From the NCBI GenBank assembly GCA_001822815.1, contig MHSR01000013.1:85093-149092 (forward strand): DNA of 64,000 nt, written 5' to 3'. The position numbers were made by a program, and so were the translations under genes. Under the pieces are notes generated by a model. That model made no database searches and was not told the origin of the DNA. It worked only from the letters and a program-made list of their open reading frames with translations. Positions 63,685 through 64,000 of this stretch are shown one piece after another (position 1 is the first letter of the stretch; each line of letters begins with the position of its first letter). Origin of the DNA: Candidatus Terrybacteria bacterium RIFCSPHIGHO2_01_FULL_43_35 (GTDB lineage: Bacteria; Patescibacteriota; Minisyncoccia; Terrybacterales; GWB1-40-14).

Positions 63685-64000
63685 ATGCTTATACGCGATC
63701 TCGCACGCATTGCTATGGGTGGCCTGACGGTAAATATAGGCCGCTCTATGTTGACGATTTTAGGTATTGTGATAGGCGTGGCCTCGATAATCCTTATAGT
63801 TTCTGTCGGGAACGGGGCGCAACGGCTTATATTAAGCCAGTTTGAGGGTATAGGTTCCAGAGTTCTAGTTATACAGCCCGGAAGACAGCCCCAAGGGCCA
63901 TCCGATTTTTTTGAATTTTTCACCGATTCTTTAAAAGAGCGGGATGTAAAAGCATTAACTGTTCGTGGGAGCGTCCCAGGCATAGTTGATGTGGCGCCTG
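63685..64000 (+). CDS. ABC transporter permease (MacB/FtsX-like), 5' partial at the window edge
   Basis: MLIRDLARIAMGGLTVNIGRSMLTILGIVIGVASIILIVSVGNG... is the typical MacB N-terminal TM1 plus periplasmic-domain start. It continues beyond the window. Confidence 0.6.
   Translation, partial: MLIRDLARIAMGGLTVNIGRSMLTILGIVIGVASIILIVSVGNGAQRLILSQFEGIGSRVLVIQPGRQPQGPSDFFEFFTDSLKERDVKALTVRGSVPGIVDVAP

Noticed and set aside
1-64000. CRISPR arrays
   Set aside because: No regularly spaced direct repeats of 24-48 bp with unique spacers were seen. The repeats present are palindromic or interspersed elements.

Overview
This window reads as a low-GC, gene-dense bacterial chromosome of the Patescibacteria/CPR type. 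The CPR assignment is inferred from compact housekeeping genes, a lamin-tail-domain protein, non-canonical pilins and a minimal type IV secretion-like locus.

The housekeeping backbone includes:
- rpsT and holA
- a two-component signalling pair
- polA, tsaE, a PilB/GspE ATPase, ruvB, yebC, ruvC, tyrS and a class A penicillin-binding protein
- the replication-origin neighbourhood (DciA-like, dnaN, dnaA, a putative oriC, then rpmH, rnpA, yidD, yidC, jag)
- a surface-polysaccharide trio (Wzx flippase plus two O-antigen-ligase-like genes)
- ksgA, cell-wall hydrolases (G5/RlpA-like and LysM-M23), comM and a dksA-like gene
- pnp, a NYN-domain gene, rpsO, a Xer recombinase and a Nudix hydrolase
- four tRNAs (Lys-CTT, Arg-TCG, Pro-CGG, Ala-CGC) beside a CCA-adding enzyme
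- a Fic-like protein, a pilin-fold protein, an ECF sigma factor with a DUF5667-like partner, and a MacA/MacB-type ABC efflux start

The most unusual block is a roughly 14 kb minus-strand operon at 26992-41057 that looks like a minimal T4SS. Its parts are:
- a VirB2-like pilin candidate with a Cys-rich tail
- a tandem-repeat membrane protein
- a VirB4 ATPase split into N- and C-terminal ORFs
- a VirB3/PrgI-like gene
- a VirB6/TrbL-like polytopic protein
- a large secreted protein
- three tandem paralogous secreted proteins with DxDGD calcium-binding-type repeats
- a membrane-anchored Cys-rich metzincin

No relaxase or coupling protein is visible in the window.

Two interspersed repeat families shape the region:
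- An AT-rich MITE-like palindromic family (A) with TTAGAAATTAGAA-type terminal inverted repeats. Its 394-bp full-length copy sits exactly between the two VirB4 halves.
- A GC-rich nested-palindrome family (B) built on CCCGTTAGAR / YTCTAACGGG cores. One copy is inserted in-frame inside the xerC coding sequence, another bridges exactly from the stop codon of the ECF sigma gene to the start codon of the next gene, and others flank 14-bp GTTTCACGTGAAAC palindromes.

Other points of interest are a duplicated 58-bp leader with hairpins over the start codons of the VirB3-like and VirB4-N genes, a candidate structured ncRNA (UUCG and GNRA hairpins) in a 570-bp ORF-free gap, a consensus sigma70 promoter with a structured leader upstream of the Fic-like gene, and a 53-aa highly acidic small ORF.
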